Virus record (IMG/VR): IMGVR_UViG_3300031851_002880
Span: 1 to 64,000 of that record
DNA length: 64,000 nt
Direction: 5' to 3' (one strand)
Source of the DNA: a virus
Lineage: Duplodnaviria; Caudoviricetes
Numbering within the stretch: position 1 is the first letter of the stretch; every line of letters begins with the position of its first letter. The notes under the pieces were generated by a model that was not told the DNA's origin, ran no database searches, and saw only the letters and a program-made list of their open reading frames with translations. Made by a program: the position numbers and the translations under genes. This document shows, in pieces, positions 1 to 8,677 of this stretch.

Positions 1-2
1 CA

Positions 3-698
3 CTAAACCATAGCGTTACAGGTATTGATCAAAAAGACAATATTGATTTACTAACTTGTCAATTTTCAGATGATCAATACGATTTAGTTATTCACTTAGC
101 AGGCAAAAGCGGAGTACGTGAAAGTTTTAAAGACCCTGCAGGTTATTGGAATAACAACGTAGAAGCAAGTAGACGTTTATTTGAACGTTATGACGATACA
201 CGCATACTATATGCGAGCAGTTCGAGTGCTTACGAGCCCGATTTGAACCCTTACGCCGCAAGTAAGTATGTGTTAGAAGAACTTGCTGAACGTTATCCTG
301 ATACGTTAGGTATGCGTTTTCACACAGTGTATAGTCACAACTGTCCAAGAGAAACTATGTTCTTTAATAGATTAAGAAACGGTACACTTGAATACACAAC
401 ACCGCATTATAGAGATTTTATACATTTATTTGATCTAATCGATGCAATACTAATTCTTATCGAAAATCCTCATGTAAACGGGATAGTTGATATTGGTACT
501 GGACTGCCAGTAAAGGTCCAAACACTTGCACCAGAGTTGCCTGTTCGTCTAAATACCCCAGGTGAACGGCAATTTACTTGTGCAAATACAGAAAAAATGT
601 CAGCACTTGGCTTTAAACCTAAATACTCGGTAGAAAAGTTCTTGACAAATGATGATAAAGACAATATAATAAACATTACTAATGGAGAAAAAGTATGA
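3..698 (+). CDS. NAD-dependent epimerase/dehydratase (extended SDR), 5'-truncated by window edge
   Basis: Frame of ORF 243..698 is open back to position 3 (…DLVIHLAGKSGVRES…ILYASSSSAY…NPYAASK); VIHLAG, YASSSS and the YxxxK catalytic motif, then MRFHTVY and RDFIH, are typical of nucleotide-sugar epimerases. Confidence 0.88.
   Translation, partial: LNHSVTGIDQKDNIDLLTCQFSDDQYDLVIHLAGKSGVRESFKDPAGYWNNNVEASRRLFERYDDTRILYASSSSAYEPDLNPYAASKYVLEELAERYPDTLGMRFHTVYSHNCPRETMFFNRLRNGTLEYTTPHYRDFIHLFDLIDAILILIENPHVNGIVDIGTGLPVKVQTLAPELPVRLNTPGERQFTCANTEKMSALGFKPKYSVEKFLTNDDKDNIINITNGEKV
642..670 (+). promoter_or_regulatory. sigma70-type promoter
   Basis: TTGACA (642-647), 17 nt spacer, TATAAT (665-670); GGAG RBS before ATG 695. 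Confidence 0.8.
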
Positions 699-1438
699 AA
701 GACATCTTACAAGACATCGTTGCACACACACATTCGCTAGGTTTTCTTAATCTAGTTAAAGTGACCAATGATGAAAACAGTACAATTGAATCAATGGCAG
801 ACGACAGAAGTGTTGTTATGAACGGCAGTACTAATAGTGTGGTACCAGAGTTTGATAAGAGTACATTTGGTATGCCTAACTTAGATAAACTAAAAATGCA
901 TCTAAGCAATCCTGAATATAAGAAGGATGCAAAGATTGACGTTGTTAAAGCAGAGCGTAATGGCGAAACTATTCCAACACACATTCACTTTGAGAACGAA
1001 GCAGGCGACTTTCAAAATGATTATCGCTTTATGAATAAAGCAATTATCGAAGAAAAGCTAAAGACTGTAAAGTTTAAAGGTGCTAACTGGAATGTAGCAA
1101 TTAAGCCAAGTGTAATAAGCATCGGTCGTATGAAACTTATGGCAGCGGCACACTCAGAAGAACCAACATTTAATGTAAAAACTGTAGAAACAGGTGGTGC
1201 AACTGATCTTGTGTTTAGTTTTGGTGACCACAGTACACACGCAGGCGAGTTTGTGTTCGAAGCAAACGTTGAAGGTATACTAGCACACACATGGAGTTGG
1301 CCAGTAGCACAAGTACAAGCAGTACTTAACCTAGAAGGCGAAGTTGAAATGAGTATTAGTGATCAAGGTGCTATGAAAATTAGTGTAAACTCAGGTATGG
1401 CAACATACGATTACATCCTTCCAGCACAGAGCAAGTAA
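695..1438 (+). CDS. putative DNA polymerase sliding clamp (gp45/PCNA-like)
   Basis: 247 aa two-domain clamp size; C-terminal 'GAMKISVNSGMATYDYILP' resembles the PCNA/gp45 terminal strands; replication-type context. Confidence 0.6.
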   Translation: MKDILQDIVAHTHSLGFLNLVKVTNDENSTIESMADDRSVVMNGSTNSVVPEFDKSTFGMPNLDKLKMHLSNPEYKKDAKIDVVKAERNGETIPTHIHFENEAGDFQNDYRFMNKAIIEEKLKTVKFKGANWNVAIKPSVISIGRMKLMAAAHSEEPTFNVKTVETGGATDLVFSFGDHSTHAGEFVFEANVEGILAHTWSWPVAQVQAVLNLEGEVEMSISDQGAMKISVNSGMATYDYILPAQSK

Positions 1439-3063
1439 TGAATACAGACTTAACTACAGCACAAAATGATTATGCACATTTCTTGCCTGCACTTAGTGGC
1501 TTCTATGCTACATATGTAGGCAAGCAACGTTTCGATGAATATGTAGAAAAGTCACGTATTCCTAATAACTGGAACAACGGTATTGAAAGTTTAAACTACT
1601 TAAATGCACAAGAAGGACAGTTCCAATACAAATGGAGTCTATACTCAGCAGGACATGCTGACTTAGATACAACTAAGGTTGTGCCTAAAGAAGACATGGT
1701 GCGTAACAGAGATAGAGAAAACACTTGGTTACTAGGTGATTCAGGTGGTTTCCAAATTGGTAAAGGTGTTTGGGAAGGCGATTGGAAAGATCCTAATTGC
1801 CCTAAAGCACAAAAGAAACGTGACGGTGTGTTACGTTGGATGGATGCTTATATGGACTACGGAATGATACTTGATATTCCGGCGTGGGTGGCACGTTCAC
1901 CTGAAGGTGCAAAAGCAACAGGTGTTAGTACATATCAAGAAGCAGTAGAAGCAACACGCATCAACAATGACTACTGGATGAAGCATAGAACAGGTGCTTG
2001 TAAATTACTAAATGTTTTGCAAGGTGAAACCTTTGATGATGCGGAAGACTGGTATGAGCAAATGAAAGACTATTGCGATCCAGTTAAATATCCTGACAGA
2101 CACTTTAATGGGTGGTCAATGGGTGGACAAAACATGTGTGATGTTGAACTCCTGCTTAAACGCATTGTTACTATACATTATGACGGACTACTCCAAAGCG
2201 GCTTACACGATGTAATGCACTTCTTAGGAACTAGTAAATTAGAGTGGGCTACATTGCTTACAGACGTACAGAGAGCTGTACGTAAGCACTATAACCCAAC
2301 GTTTATGGTTACATTTGATTGTGCATCACCTTTCCTTGCTACAGCAAACGGACAAGTTTATACATCTAATGAAACTCCAGATAACGGCAAATGGACTTAT
2401 CGAATGGTTCCAAGCGTTGACGAACTAAAGTATGCAACAGATACTAGAACGTTTAAAGATGCTACAACCCAAGACGGTATTTTTAAAGTGTTTGAAGATA
2501 GTCCACTAACTGACGGTTTGTTGGTAAACGATATTTGTACATATGCTAAAGGTGATCGTAATAAGATTGGTGTGCCTAAGGTAAGTGCAGGCGAGGTTGA
2601 GCTTGATAAGAATGATCAACCTGTATTAGACGACAATGATAATCCCGTTGTACGCAAGAAGGACTCTACAAGCTGGGATAGCTTTAGTTATGCTATACAG
2701 ATGGGTCATAACGTATGGACACACGTAAATGCTGTACAAGAAGCTAATAGGCAGTATGATGCCGGTGTTACTCCTAAGATGTTAAAAGGTGATAAGTTTC
2801 AAGTAAGAACAATACGTGATATGATTAATGAAGTATTCGAACAGCCTAGTAAAGAAGAGTCTCTAGAGTTAATTGAACTGTACAGACCATATTGGATGCA
2901 AGTGCCTGGTACAAGAGGTGCAATTGGTAAGAAAACTATATCTGCTAAACCTTTTTTCAACAAACTATTTGATGAACCTGGTGCCGTTGAAGATAATATT
3001 GAATTAGATGAAACCAAGTTGGAGGACCTAGAAGATGAGCAACTACACGGAGCAACACGATAA
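1438..3063 (+). CDS. dpdA: TGT-fold DNA guanine transglycosylase (DpdA-like)
   Basis: LGDSGGFQ, ILDIP, NVLQG, HFLG and VTFDCASP motifs of the tRNA-guanine transglycosylase fold; adjacent folE/queE/T-fold genes. Confidence 0.82.
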   Translation: MNTDLTTAQNDYAHFLPALSGFYATYVGKQRFDEYVEKSRIPNNWNNGIESLNYLNAQEGQFQYKWSLYSAGHADLDTTKVVPKEDMVRNRDRENTWLLGDSGGFQIGKGVWEGDWKDPNCPKAQKKRDGVLRWMDAYMDYGMILDIPAWVARSPEGAKATGVSTYQEAVEATRINNDYWMKHRTGACKLLNVLQGETFDDAEDWYEQMKDYCDPVKYPDRHFNGWSMGGQNMCDVELLLKRIVTIHYDGLLQSGLHDVMHFLGTSKLEWATLLTDVQRAVRKHYNPTFMVTFDCASPFLATANGQVYTSNETPDNGKWTYRMVPSVDELKYATDTRTFKDATTQDGIFKVFEDSPLTDGLLVNDICTYAKGDRNKIGVPKVSAGEVELDKNDQPVLDDNDNPVVRKKDSTSWDSFSYAIQMGHNVWTHVNAVQEANRQYDAGVTPKMLKGDKFQVRTIRDMINEVFEQPSKEESLELIELYRPYWMQVPGTRGAIGKKTISAKPFFNKLFDEPGAVEDNIELDETKLEDLEDEQLHGATR

Positions 3064-3238
3064 AATTGCTGTACATTTACAAGAGTTATATGTAAAGCAC
3101 AGAACACTTGACGAAGAAATAAAAGTGTTGTATAATAAGTTTGAACCTGAACACATACTTAATAGAATGAAAACTCAAAAACTTTGGCTTAAAGACGAAA
3201 TACATAGATTAGAAACACAATTAAAGGCACTAGGATGA
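3035..3238 (+). CDS. DUF465/YdcH-like small coiled-coil protein
   Basis: H-x2-LDEEI…MKTQKLWLKDEI pattern characteristic of DUF465. Confidence 0.75.
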   Translation: MSNYTEQHDKIAVHLQELYVKHRTLDEEIKVLYNKFEPEHILNRMKTQKLWLKDEIHRLETQLKALG

Positions 3239-3816
3239 CGTTAAAGTTAACCGGACTAAAGAACATAATTGAACCTGGAACTATTATTCCTATGGAAGAA
3301 CGTAATGGTAATATTGGTAGATGGGCAGAAGATAAGCTCGAGAGCTTGGGATGGACAGTAAACAGAGAAAAAGGTATTGACTTGCCAGAAGTTGGCGCTG
3401 AACTAAAAACACGTAAATGGGGTAGTACTAGCGGACACACAGTAGGCGCAATGTTACCACAAGATATCCTACATACTCAATGGCACAAAAGTAATGTCCA
3501 TGATAAAGTACAACATCAACTGAGAATATATCATAAAGTAAATGAGCTTACAGGTGATAATGTTGTTGTAAGCGCACAGTTGTATGACTTTACTAGCGAT
3601 GTCATACAAAAAAAGTTAGAGCAAGCATGGCAACATTGTCGAGGTGTTCTTCACCAAGGTGATTTGTTTGACTATATTCGTGGCGTAGATAAATGGGCTT
3701 ACTTAGAAATGCAACCCAATGGTTATTATCAGTTCCGTATTCAACCAGGTATTATGAAGAAGATGGAACATATAGCACATGCAACTAGATCAAAATTATT
3801 TGACTTTGGAGACTAA
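3235..3816 (+). CDS. MutH/Sau3AI-like PD-(D/E)xK endonuclease
   Basis: GNIGRWAE…IDLPEVGAELKT aligns by eye with the MutH/Sau3AI-family G-x2-G-x3-E…D-x4-G-x-ELKT catalytic core. Confidence 0.6.
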   Translation: MTLKLTGLKNIIEPGTIIPMEERNGNIGRWAEDKLESLGWTVNREKGIDLPEVGAELKTRKWGSTSGHTVGAMLPQDILHTQWHKSNVHDKVQHQLRIYHKVNELTGDNVVVSAQLYDFTSDVIQKKLEQAWQHCRGVLHQGDLFDYIRGVDKWAYLEMQPNGYYQFRIQPGIMKKMEHIAHATRSKLFDFGD

Positions 3817-3817
3817 C

Positions 3818-4339
3818 ATGAAACGTGATTACGAAAGTGGTGTAAGTGATACACCAATATTCTTTACAGGCGTAGAAGTTGAAAAGACTCCTGCGTTTGG
3901 AATGAAGACATTGTTTGTTACAGGTATACAAGACTACAACGAAGTAATGAAGTACTATGAACAAGAACAATGCGAACATATCTTCTTTGGTGCTAATCAT
4001 TCATATAATCCTAAGACCGCAGATGAGTTTGACGATTGGGATATAGCAATCAAGGCGTATGTAAAAGAAGGCATACTATGTAGTTTAGACATTCCAAGTA
4101 CTGTTAATTTAGAATGGTTTATGGAAGGTGGACTAATAGAGTATGAAAACTTCATTCCACAAATACGTGTTGTATTACCTTATATTAAACAGTGGAACTA
4201 TAACACAATGGTTAAGATCGATGACAAAGATTTTAAAGCAAGTAATCCAGGTGTTTGGTGCCATAGCCTACATGACTTAATGGATCGAAATAAATTTACT
4301 GATTGGGGCAAATATGGCCTTGACAAAGTTATTAAATGA
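3818..4339 (+). CDS. conserved hypothetical protein in the 7-deazaguanine cluster
   Basis: ATG 3818 after GGAG RBS; 173 aa; GVEVEKTPAFG…HIFFGANHS…IKIDD-like…NPGVW; function not recognised. Confidence 0.75.
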   Translation: MKRDYESGVSDTPIFFTGVEVEKTPAFGMKTLFVTGIQDYNEVMKYYEQEQCEHIFFGANHSYNPKTADEFDDWDIAIKAYVKEGILCSLDIPSTVNLEWFMEGGLIEYENFIPQIRVVLPYIKQWNYNTMVKIDDKDFKASNPGVWCHSLHDLMDRNKFTDWGKYGLDKVIK

Positions 4340-4348
4340 AAGTATACT
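4320..4348 (+). promoter_or_regulatory. sigma70-type promoter (likely leaderless transcript)
   Basis: TTGACA (4320-4325), 17 nt, TATACT (4343-4348); ATG 4355 follows 6 nt later. Confidence 0.7.
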
Positions 4349-4354
4349 AGTAAT

Positions 4355-4825
4355 ATGACACAACACGAATCGTATCATAATTATATGGGACGCAGAATGA
4401 GAGAAGAAGACGCAAAAATGGCAGTAGAAACATCTATGAATAAAGCAGAACGTAGTATTTGGGTAACCTTTAATAAAGAAGGTGTACATATGTACCCTGG
4501 CGCAGATACTGATCCTAAACTAGCAACAGGCGACTGGGATGATGTATCATTCTTAGGCATTCCGCATCGTCATATCTTTCACTTTCGTGTTCGCATTGAA
4601 GTATTCCACAACGATCGCGACATTGAATTCATTCAGTTTAAACGCTGGATGCAACGACTCTATGACGTCGAAGGCGTACTAGAGCTTAACCACAAGAGCT
4701 GTGAGATGATTGCAGATGACTTGTACAAAGAAATTTCTGTGAAGTACCCCAGCCGCTTTGTAGAAATCAGCGTAGCTGAAGACAATGAAAATGGCTGTTC
4801 AATTTACTATCCTAAATCACAATAA
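4355..4825 (+). CDS. QueD-like T-fold protein with HRH motif (candidate DpdL-type CDG decarboxylase)
   Basis: FLGIPHRHIFHFRV…DIEFIQFK…SCEMIA…VEISVAED follows the 6-pyruvoyl-tetrahydropterin synthase/QueD layout, but has LxxxHRHxF in place of CxxxHGH. Confidence 0.72.
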   Translation: MTQHESYHNYMGRRMREEDAKMAVETSMNKAERSIWVTFNKEGVHMYPGADTDPKLATGDWDDVSFLGIPHRHIFHFRVRIEVFHNDRDIEFIQFKRWMQRLYDVEGVLELNHKSCEMIADDLYKEISVKYPSRFVEISVAEDNENGCSIYYPKSQ

Positions 4826-4838
4826 AGGAAACTATGAA

Positions 4839-5051
4839 ATGGCAATCGAATTTAATCGTAATGCATATACTAAGGTATTTAACGACTTGGATGCATATCG
4901 TGATTATTGTCGCTTTGAAGGTAAAGTCTATAACGAAAAGGCTTTGTACAAAAAGGATGATCCTAACTGGATCGCATACGAAAAATGGCGTAATTATATT
5001 AGGATGAAAGCCCGTAACGCAGGGCGTAATTTTAACAATCGGAGAAATTAA
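4839..5051 (+). CDS. hypothetical protein
   Basis: ATG 4839 preceded by AAGGA; 70 aa; fills the gap between neighbours. Confidence 0.7.
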   Translation: MAIEFNRNAYTKVFNDLDAYRDYCRFEGKVYNEKALYKKDDPNWIAYEKWRNYIRMKARNAGRNFNNRRN

Positions 5052-6110
5052 ATGACTATCTATGTTGTAGATATCGAAGCAGTTGACACACGCTATACTA
5101 AGCAATGGAAAGAACATCTTCCTAAACAACTACGTCGATCTACAAATAATGATGTTATTGTTATCAGTGGTGGAGAAGTACCTCAGGCAACTACGCCTGG
5201 GGCTTTTCTAAATTTTGCAGGAACAAATAATTATAAATCACAACAGATGTTAGAAATTAGCAGAATGTTTGCTAATGGAGAAATTAAAGATAATGATTAT
5301 TTTTTGTATACTGATGCTTGGAACCCTACAGTTATTCAACTACGCTATATGGCAGAACTATTGGGTGTTGACATTTGTATTGGTGGCATGTGGCATGCTG
5401 GTAGTTATGATCCGCAAGACTTTTTAGGCAGACTCATAGGTGACAAGCCTTGGGTTAGACATGCTGAAATGTCAATGTATGAATGTTATGATGATAACTT
5501 CTTTGCAAGTGACTTCCACATTGATATGTTTACGGAAGTATTTGATGAGGACTATGCAGTTGATTGGGATAGAGTACATCGTGTAGGTTGGCCTATGGAG
5601 TACCTAAAGGATAGCTTAACTAGCTACAAAGGTATGGAAAAACGAGATCTTATTCTCTTTCCGCATCGTGTTGCTCCTGAAAAACAAGTTGAGATCTTTA
5701 GAGATCTTGCAATGCGTTTACCACAATACGAGTTTGTTGTTTGTCAAGAACAACAACTGAGCAAGAACGAATACCATAACTTGCTAGGTGAAGCTAAACT
5801 TGTGTTTAGTGCTAACTTACAAGAAACATTAGGTATTAGTTGGTACGAAGGTGCATTAGTTGATGCTATTCCTATGGTACCTGACAGACTAAGCTATAGT
5901 GAAATGGCATTACCGGAGTTTAAATATCCAAGTGCGTGGACTGAAGACTATGATGCTTACTTGCACAACAAAGATAAATTAGTTGCACAAATTATAAACT
6001 ATATGGAAAACTTTGATGACTTGCAGGTTTCCTTAGAGAAACAACGCACTAAATTAAACAAAGACTTCTTTAACGGTAAAGAGTTATACGGAGTAATTGC
6101 AGATGAATGA
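5052..6110 (+). CDS. GT-B fold (GT4-like) glycosyltransferase
   Basis: FPHRVAPEKQ and QETLGISWYEG (E-x7-E) donor-binding motifs; 352 aa. Confidence 0.8.
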   Translation: MTIYVVDIEAVDTRYTKQWKEHLPKQLRRSTNNDVIVISGGEVPQATTPGAFLNFAGTNNYKSQQMLEISRMFANGEIKDNDYFLYTDAWNPTVIQLRYMAELLGVDICIGGMWHAGSYDPQDFLGRLIGDKPWVRHAEMSMYECYDDNFFASDFHIDMFTEVFDEDYAVDWDRVHRVGWPMEYLKDSLTSYKGMEKRDLILFPHRVAPEKQVEIFRDLAMRLPQYEFVVCQEQQLSKNEYHNLLGEAKLVFSANLQETLGISWYEGALVDAIPMVPDRLSYSEMALPEFKYPSAWTEDYDAYLHNKDKLVAQIINYMENFDDLQVSLEKQRTKLNKDFFNGKELYGVIADE

Positions 6111-6456
6111 TGAAGATTTTGATTATTTAAGTGACGATCAAATTACAATAACACTTGACGGGAATTATACTTTTGACGATACAGTTACTATAGACACAAG
6201 TTCATGGGATGATAGTTTTACTACTAGTCCTAGTTCAATATATTCGCCCACTGGCAATGTTAGTATCGAAGGTGAGTTAACGGTAGGTGGTGTAGATGTT
6301 ATGCAGTCTATTAAAGATATGCAACGTGTACTAGGTGTTGTAAGTAGAGATATTGAAAAAGAAGAAAAGTATGCAGGACTAAAACTTGCCGCAGAAGCAT
6401 ACGAACGTGAACTAGCAAAAATTGAAACATTTGAAACTCTAAAGGATTCAAAGTAA
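6103..6456 (+). CDS. hypothetical protein
   Basis: ATG 6103 after GGAG, overlapping the upstream stop; acidic Ser/Thr-rich N-terminus and helical C-terminus. Confidence 0.7.
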   Translation: MNDEDFDYLSDDQITITLDGNYTFDDTVTIDTSSWDDSFTTSPSSIYSPTGNVSIEGELTVGGVDVMQSIKDMQRVLGVVSRDIEKEEKYAGLKLAAEAYERELAKIETFETLKDSK

Positions 6457-6680
6457 TGTTACACACAGTTGAAGAACTAATTGAACGTTTAAGTTTAATG
6501 AAAGACAAAGCAATTGAACTACATCGTATCCGTAACCAATACAGTGAACTAAGCGGTAAACAATATGACAAAATACTTGCACAAGCAATATTAGATGATA
6601 TTCAATCAATGGCAAAACTTATTGCTGAAGATCGGCAAGGTAATGAAATTAAAACTAACATGGACGAATGGAAAAAATGA
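6456..6680 (+). CDS. hypothetical protein
   Basis: 74 aa; TAATG coupling to the upstream gene. Confidence 0.7.
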   Translation: MLHTVEELIERLSLMKDKAIELHRIRNQYSELSGKQYDKILAQAILDDIQSMAKLIAEDRQGNEIKTNMDEWKK

Positions 6681-7231
6681 TAAAAAAGCATTATTATAAT
6701 TGGCAAGATGTAGAACGTATGTGTGTCAGTATTGTAAATCAAATGTATACTGATAGTTGGAGACCTGATTATATTGTAGGCATTACCCGTGGCGGTAATG
6801 TACCTGCTACTATTATTAGTAACATGACTGGTATACGTTGTGAAGCACTTAAGGTAAGTTTACGTGACGATAACAGCGACAGCGAATCTAACTGTTGGAT
6901 GGCTGAAGATGCATTTGGTTATGTAAGTGCTGAAAATCGAATTAATGATGTTGCAGTTGATACAAACAACAGAAAAAATATTCTTATTGTAGATGATATT
7001 AATGATACTGGTGCTACATTTAACTGGATAATGAAAGACTGGAAGTCAGGTTGCTTACCTAGTAGTCACGACTGGAATGATATTTTTGGTTCAAATGTTC
7101 GTTTTGCTACACTAACAGATAACCTAGCAAGTGAATTTAATAGTAATGTTTCGTATACATGCCATGAAGTAAATAAAGCAGAAGAAGATGTATGGTTAGT
7201 ATATCCTTGGGAAGATGTAGGTACTTACTAA
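6677..7231 (+). CDS. type I phosphoribosyltransferase (xanthine/guanine PRT-like)
   Basis: IVGITRGG, ILIVDDINDTGATF PRPP-binding loop and C-terminal WLVYPWE as in Gpt-like enzymes. Confidence 0.88.
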   Translation: MIKKHYYNWQDVERMCVSIVNQMYTDSWRPDYIVGITRGGNVPATIISNMTGIRCEALKVSLRDDNSDSESNCWMAEDAFGYVSAENRINDVAVDTNNRKNILIVDDINDTGATFNWIMKDWKSGCLPSSHDWNDIFGSNVRFATLTDNLASEFNSNVSYTCHEVNKAEEDVWLVYPWEDVGTY

Positions 7232-7569
7232 TGAAGTTACCATGGTCCGACATAGTAATTGAGACTAAAGATTTAACAGTGTATAAAGACGGATTTCCTG
7301 TAACAGAAGGACACATCCTTTTTGTACCTAAAGAAGAAAGTTGGCAATCGCTAACTAAATGTTTTGAGACCGCATATAAATGGGGTTTTGATTGGGTTGA
7401 ACGTGGTTATTGTGATGCGTTCAACATAGGACAAAATGTAGGAGAGGCAGCAGGTCAGTCTGTCATGTACCCGCATGTTCATTTAATACCTCGACGTAAT
7501 GGGGATATGGAAAATCCACGTGGCGGAGTTCGTCATGTAATACCAGAGAAAGGAAACTATAATGACTAA
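7231..7569 (+). CDS. HIT family nucleotide hydrolase
   Basis: DGFPVTEGH, FNIGQNVGEAAGQSV and the histidine-triad-like YPHVHLIPRR. Confidence 0.88.
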   Translation: MKLPWSDIVIETKDLTVYKDGFPVTEGHILFVPKEESWQSLTKCFETAYKWGFDWVERGYCDAFNIGQNVGEAAGQSVMYPHVHLIPRRNGDMENPRGGVRHVIPEKGNYND

Positions 7570-7774
7570 AGCAGGAGATTTAATTATACTGGCTGCACGT
7601 AAGCAAGCAGAAGGCGAACTTGCAGTACATCAAGCAAACATTGAAGTTTATCGTACAATGCCCGCAGGCATTGGCGAACACTCAGATGTTACTGAAGCAG
7701 TAATTGAAGAATTAAATAAGATGGCTGCGGCACAAGATCGTATTGATATGATCGAAAAATATTTTAGTGCTTGA
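7562..7774 (+). CDS. hypothetical phage protein
   Basis: 70 aa helical hairpin with PAGIGEH turn; AAGGA RBS. Confidence 0.75.
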   Translation: MTKAGDLIILAARKQAEGELAVHQANIEVYRTMPAGIGEHSDVTEAVIEELNKMAAAQDRIDMIEKYFSA

Positions 7775-7799
7775 CAAAAACCTAAATACAATGTATAAT
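7771..7799 (+). promoter_or_regulatory. sigma70-type promoter for folE
   Basis: TTGACA (7771-7776), 17 nt, TATAAT (7794-7799). Confidence 0.82.
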
Positions 7800-7859
7800 A
7801 TAACTATTGTGCATTGTATTACTAACCGGCAATCCACTGCCTAAACATCGGAGAAGTGA

Positions 7860-8543
7860 ATGAGTAAAAGTGAAGAAATTAAAGCCCGCCTAGTACAGGC
7901 AAAACAACGCTATTGGGCTGGCGACAACATTAGTGGCGTGTTGCAAGAAGGTGATAAGGAAAAACTTATCAACGAAGCTACTACAGCATTTGAAAGTGTA
8001 CTAGATGCACTTGTAATTGATAGATATCAAGATCCAAACTCTAAAGGTACAGCGCATCGACTTGCTAAAATGTACTATAATGAGATTATGGCAGGACGTT
8101 ATGATCCTATTCCAACAGCAACAGCATTTCCAAATGACAGCGATGATCGTTATGAAGGTATGCTAGTAGTGCGTTCGGAACTAAAGAGTATGTGTTCACA
8201 TCACCATCAACCAGTAGCTGGTATTGCGTACATTGGTATTATTGCCGCAGACAAATTAATTGGTCTAAGCAAGTACACACGTATTGCACAATGGTGTGCT
8301 AGACGTGGAACACTACAAGAAGAACTTGCAAATGATATTGCTAGAGAGATTCAATCAGCAACTGATGCAGAACACTTAGGTGTTTACATTCAAGCAACAC
8401 ACGGTTGTTGTGAGAATCGCGGCATTATGGCACACAGTAGTTTAACACAAACTACAGTACTACGTGGTGCATTTAAAGATGACGCAGGCACAAAGAAAGA
8501 GTTCTTTGATAACATTAAACTACAACAGGAGTTCAGTTGCTAA
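7860..8543 (+). CDS. folE: GTP cyclohydrolase I
   Basis: SMCSHHHQP, IGLSKYTR, RGTLQEEL, ATHGCCENRG motifs. Confidence 0.95.
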   Translation: MSKSEEIKARLVQAKQRYWAGDNISGVLQEGDKEKLINEATTAFESVLDALVIDRYQDPNSKGTAHRLAKMYYNEIMAGRYDPIPTATAFPNDSDDRYEGMLVVRSELKSMCSHHHQPVAGIAYIGIIAADKLIGLSKYTRIAQWCARRGTLQEELANDIAREIQSATDAEHLGVYIQATHGCCENRGIMAHSSLTQTTVLRGAFKDDAGTKKEFFDNIKLQQEFSC

Positions 8544-8677
8544 TGATTGAGAAATTAATTTACGGTGCTGCCGCAGTTATTTTTATTGTAGGCATAGGAT
8601 TTTATTTACAGCATATCTGGAGTGATTGTCTTGAAGAGAATTCATTCCTAACTTGTGCAAGGATGCTAAACAAATGA
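8543..8677 (+). CDS. small single-pass membrane protein (44 aa; not in ORF track)
   Basis: MIEKLIYGAAAVIFIVGIGFYLQHIWSDCLEENSFLTCARMLNK; TAATG overlap with the folE stop and ATGA overlap with the queE start. Confidence 0.6.
   Translation: MIEKLIYGAAAVIFIVGIGFYLQHIWSDCLEENSFLTCARMLNK

Noticed and set aside
2581-2660. Short LDKNDQPV/LDDNDNPV duplication in DpdA
   Set aside because: Looks like a variable surface-loop duplication; too short for an intein or mobile insertion
1438-3063. Annotation as queuine tRNA-ribosyltransferase (tgt) for tRNA modification
   Set aside because: It lacks the C-x-C-x2-C…H zinc motif of bacterial Tgt, is much longer, and is coupled to a clamp-like gene, which favours a DNA-acting DpdA
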